NCBI GenBank assembly: GCA_035221665.1
Contig: CM069159.1
Span: 18,352,001-18,416,000 of the forward strand
Direction of reading: 5' to 3'
From: Okamejei kenojei
Lineage: Eukaryota
Length of the DNA stretch: 64,000 nt
Below the pieces are notes generated by a model that did not search any database, was not told the origin of the DNA, and saw only the letters and a list, made by a program, of their open reading frames with translations. A program made the position numbers and the translations under genes. Numbering within the stretch: the first letter of the stretch is position 1; every line of letters starts with the position of its first letter. Positions 62,309-64,000 of this stretch are shown in pieces.

Positions 62309-64000
62309 GAGATTATTACAACTATTTATGAAGAACTTCAGTTAGTCAGCCTGCAGAGAGTATTCTAAGATTTCGTACTGTGGGCTTGCTGGAGGAAAAT
62401 GTTTGGATCATTTGAGGGACTCCTTCACTCAAATATCTGAGTTACCCCTTTATTTCTAATTTTTGTTGCAAATGGGTTTTTTTTATTAATAGCTGCATTT
62501 TCATCCACCTCAGTGTGTATTAATTAAAATTAATTTTATATTTTTGAATGCTCAATTAATTTTTCAAGCATGTTTAAATTGACATAAACTTAGTTTCAAT
62601 CTAAATGAACCATATCCAGTATCCCAACATCGCATTTATTTATTTTGTAATTTACCCTTCATGTAGGTGAGCTGACTAAAATGTGTAGTAAGCTTTTATA
62701 TTCAAGGGCAGAAAATGCTGAATAGGAAAAACAATACGAGTGGATTTTTAAAGTGGGTCAGACATGAACAACTGTGGATTATCATTAAAAATTAATCTTA
62801 ATGTGGACTGCGGGGAGCGTAATGTAAGTCGTAATTTATAATAATTCTGATGAGCTTTTAGGTTTTTTTAAATTTAACCAAATCTCACTAACCAGTATTG
62901 CGATGCTTTGAATCATATTCAGAATTACTTTCCCAAATTGAATACAGATCCTGCTTAGACCTGTGACCTCATCCTTGATATGAAATAGTCTGTCGTTTAA
63001 CTCGTACTACTTTAGCAAGCAATATGTAAATGAATCCTTGTGTTTGGTGAACATAAGATAGCACTCTAATTTATATAATAAAGCTGTTCATATGAACCTA
63101 ATTATAGTGTAATTGGTACTTTTAAAATTATTTTTTCTCAAACCAGTTCATCAGCTAATTTCCTCTACATTAATGGCACCTTGTGTTTCACCAGTATATC
63201 TTAAATTGATTATAAAAATCAATACTTCAGGCCCATTAGAAAGATAATTTTCTTTCTTTTTTTGAGAACAAATCCAAATGAAAAAGCACTTCCATTTTAT
63301 TTCCAAAGTCTTTTCAAATCGAATGGCTAGGTATTGCCGAAACTGGATGTTGCTTAAATAAGGTTTCAACTGACACAATGGAAAGAGCAAATGTCAATCA
63401 TTTCATGTTGTTTTAAGACTAGAAAGCAGAACCACCATTGTTCTAAGAGGAACAAAATTGGGTGATCAAGCTCGTCGCGCACGTCCTGGGCTTTGGTGAC
63501 AGAGAGGGTTCCCAGGGCATGAGTTGGCTCTAATCGTCTGCCGGCTAGTGTGCACTCTTCCCCTCCAAGCTACCTGCTCACTGCCTCTCCCTTCCTTGTG
63601 ATGGAACACGAACTCACCAAACTGATTGGTTGCCCGCTCTGTACCCTTGGAGATGAATTTCTGACAACCACCCCACTGTCACACCAGCCCACCCCCCACA
63701 CTACACTAAAAGCAGAGATTGTGGAGAAACAGAAATCTCTTCAAGACTCTGAAGAGTGAAGCTGGAAAACGTTAGAGCAGGTTATGGGAGGGCAAACTGG
63801 ATCTTCCTGCAACACAGAGAAGCTACGTTCCTGTGGCTTTGCCTGTAATCCAAATGAATCCTGAGCCAAACAAGATATTAAATATTAATGTGGAAATATT
63901 GAGGAACTAAATTTAATTCAAGGTTGGCTACATTTCTTGACACAACAACAACAAAACGATCATGAATTCTAATTTACCGACAAGAGGCGTGATAGTGGCG

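Noticed and set aside
63460-63760. Promoter (CCAAT on minus strand, a few CpGs)
   Set aside because: Too few CpGs and no adjacent exon or start site evidence.
1-64000. The 60-166 aa ORFs of the six-frame track as genes
   Set aside because: They overlap SINE, LINE or PLE repeats (recurring peptides such as QTCTSLECGRK and RDAACPAELLQH) or lack recognisable domains; many use non-ATG starts that are meaningless in this eukaryotic context.

Overview
This is non-coding, repeat-rich, AT-rich vertebrate DNA, most likely from a cartilaginous fish (skate or ray), judged from the HE1/V-SINE and HER1(CR1)-type repeats. I can support no intact host protein-coding gene, tRNA, rRNA or CRISPR array, and the listed ORFs are repeat-derived or spurious. 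The window is a layered transposon landscape: about 15 tRNA-derived HE1-like V-SINEs, many CR1/HER1 and Rex1/L2 LINE fragments, a decayed L1/Tx1-like LINE, Penelope-like (PLE) RT and endonuclease-end remnants, a Harbinger-like MITE and several RTE/Vingi-like short elements. The most notable structure is a family of more than 25 short PLE-terminus-derived elements, often head-to-head palindromes and several with 11-15 bp target-site duplications, whose consensus carries a minimal hammerhead ribozyme core (CTGAAGA-A-GGGTCTCGACCC-GAAA-CGTC). Repeat-free blocks rich in homeobox/Sox-like motifs may be conserved enhancers. Repeat boundaries were read by eye and are approximate (about +/-10-30 bp), and family names come from motif recognition, not database searches.
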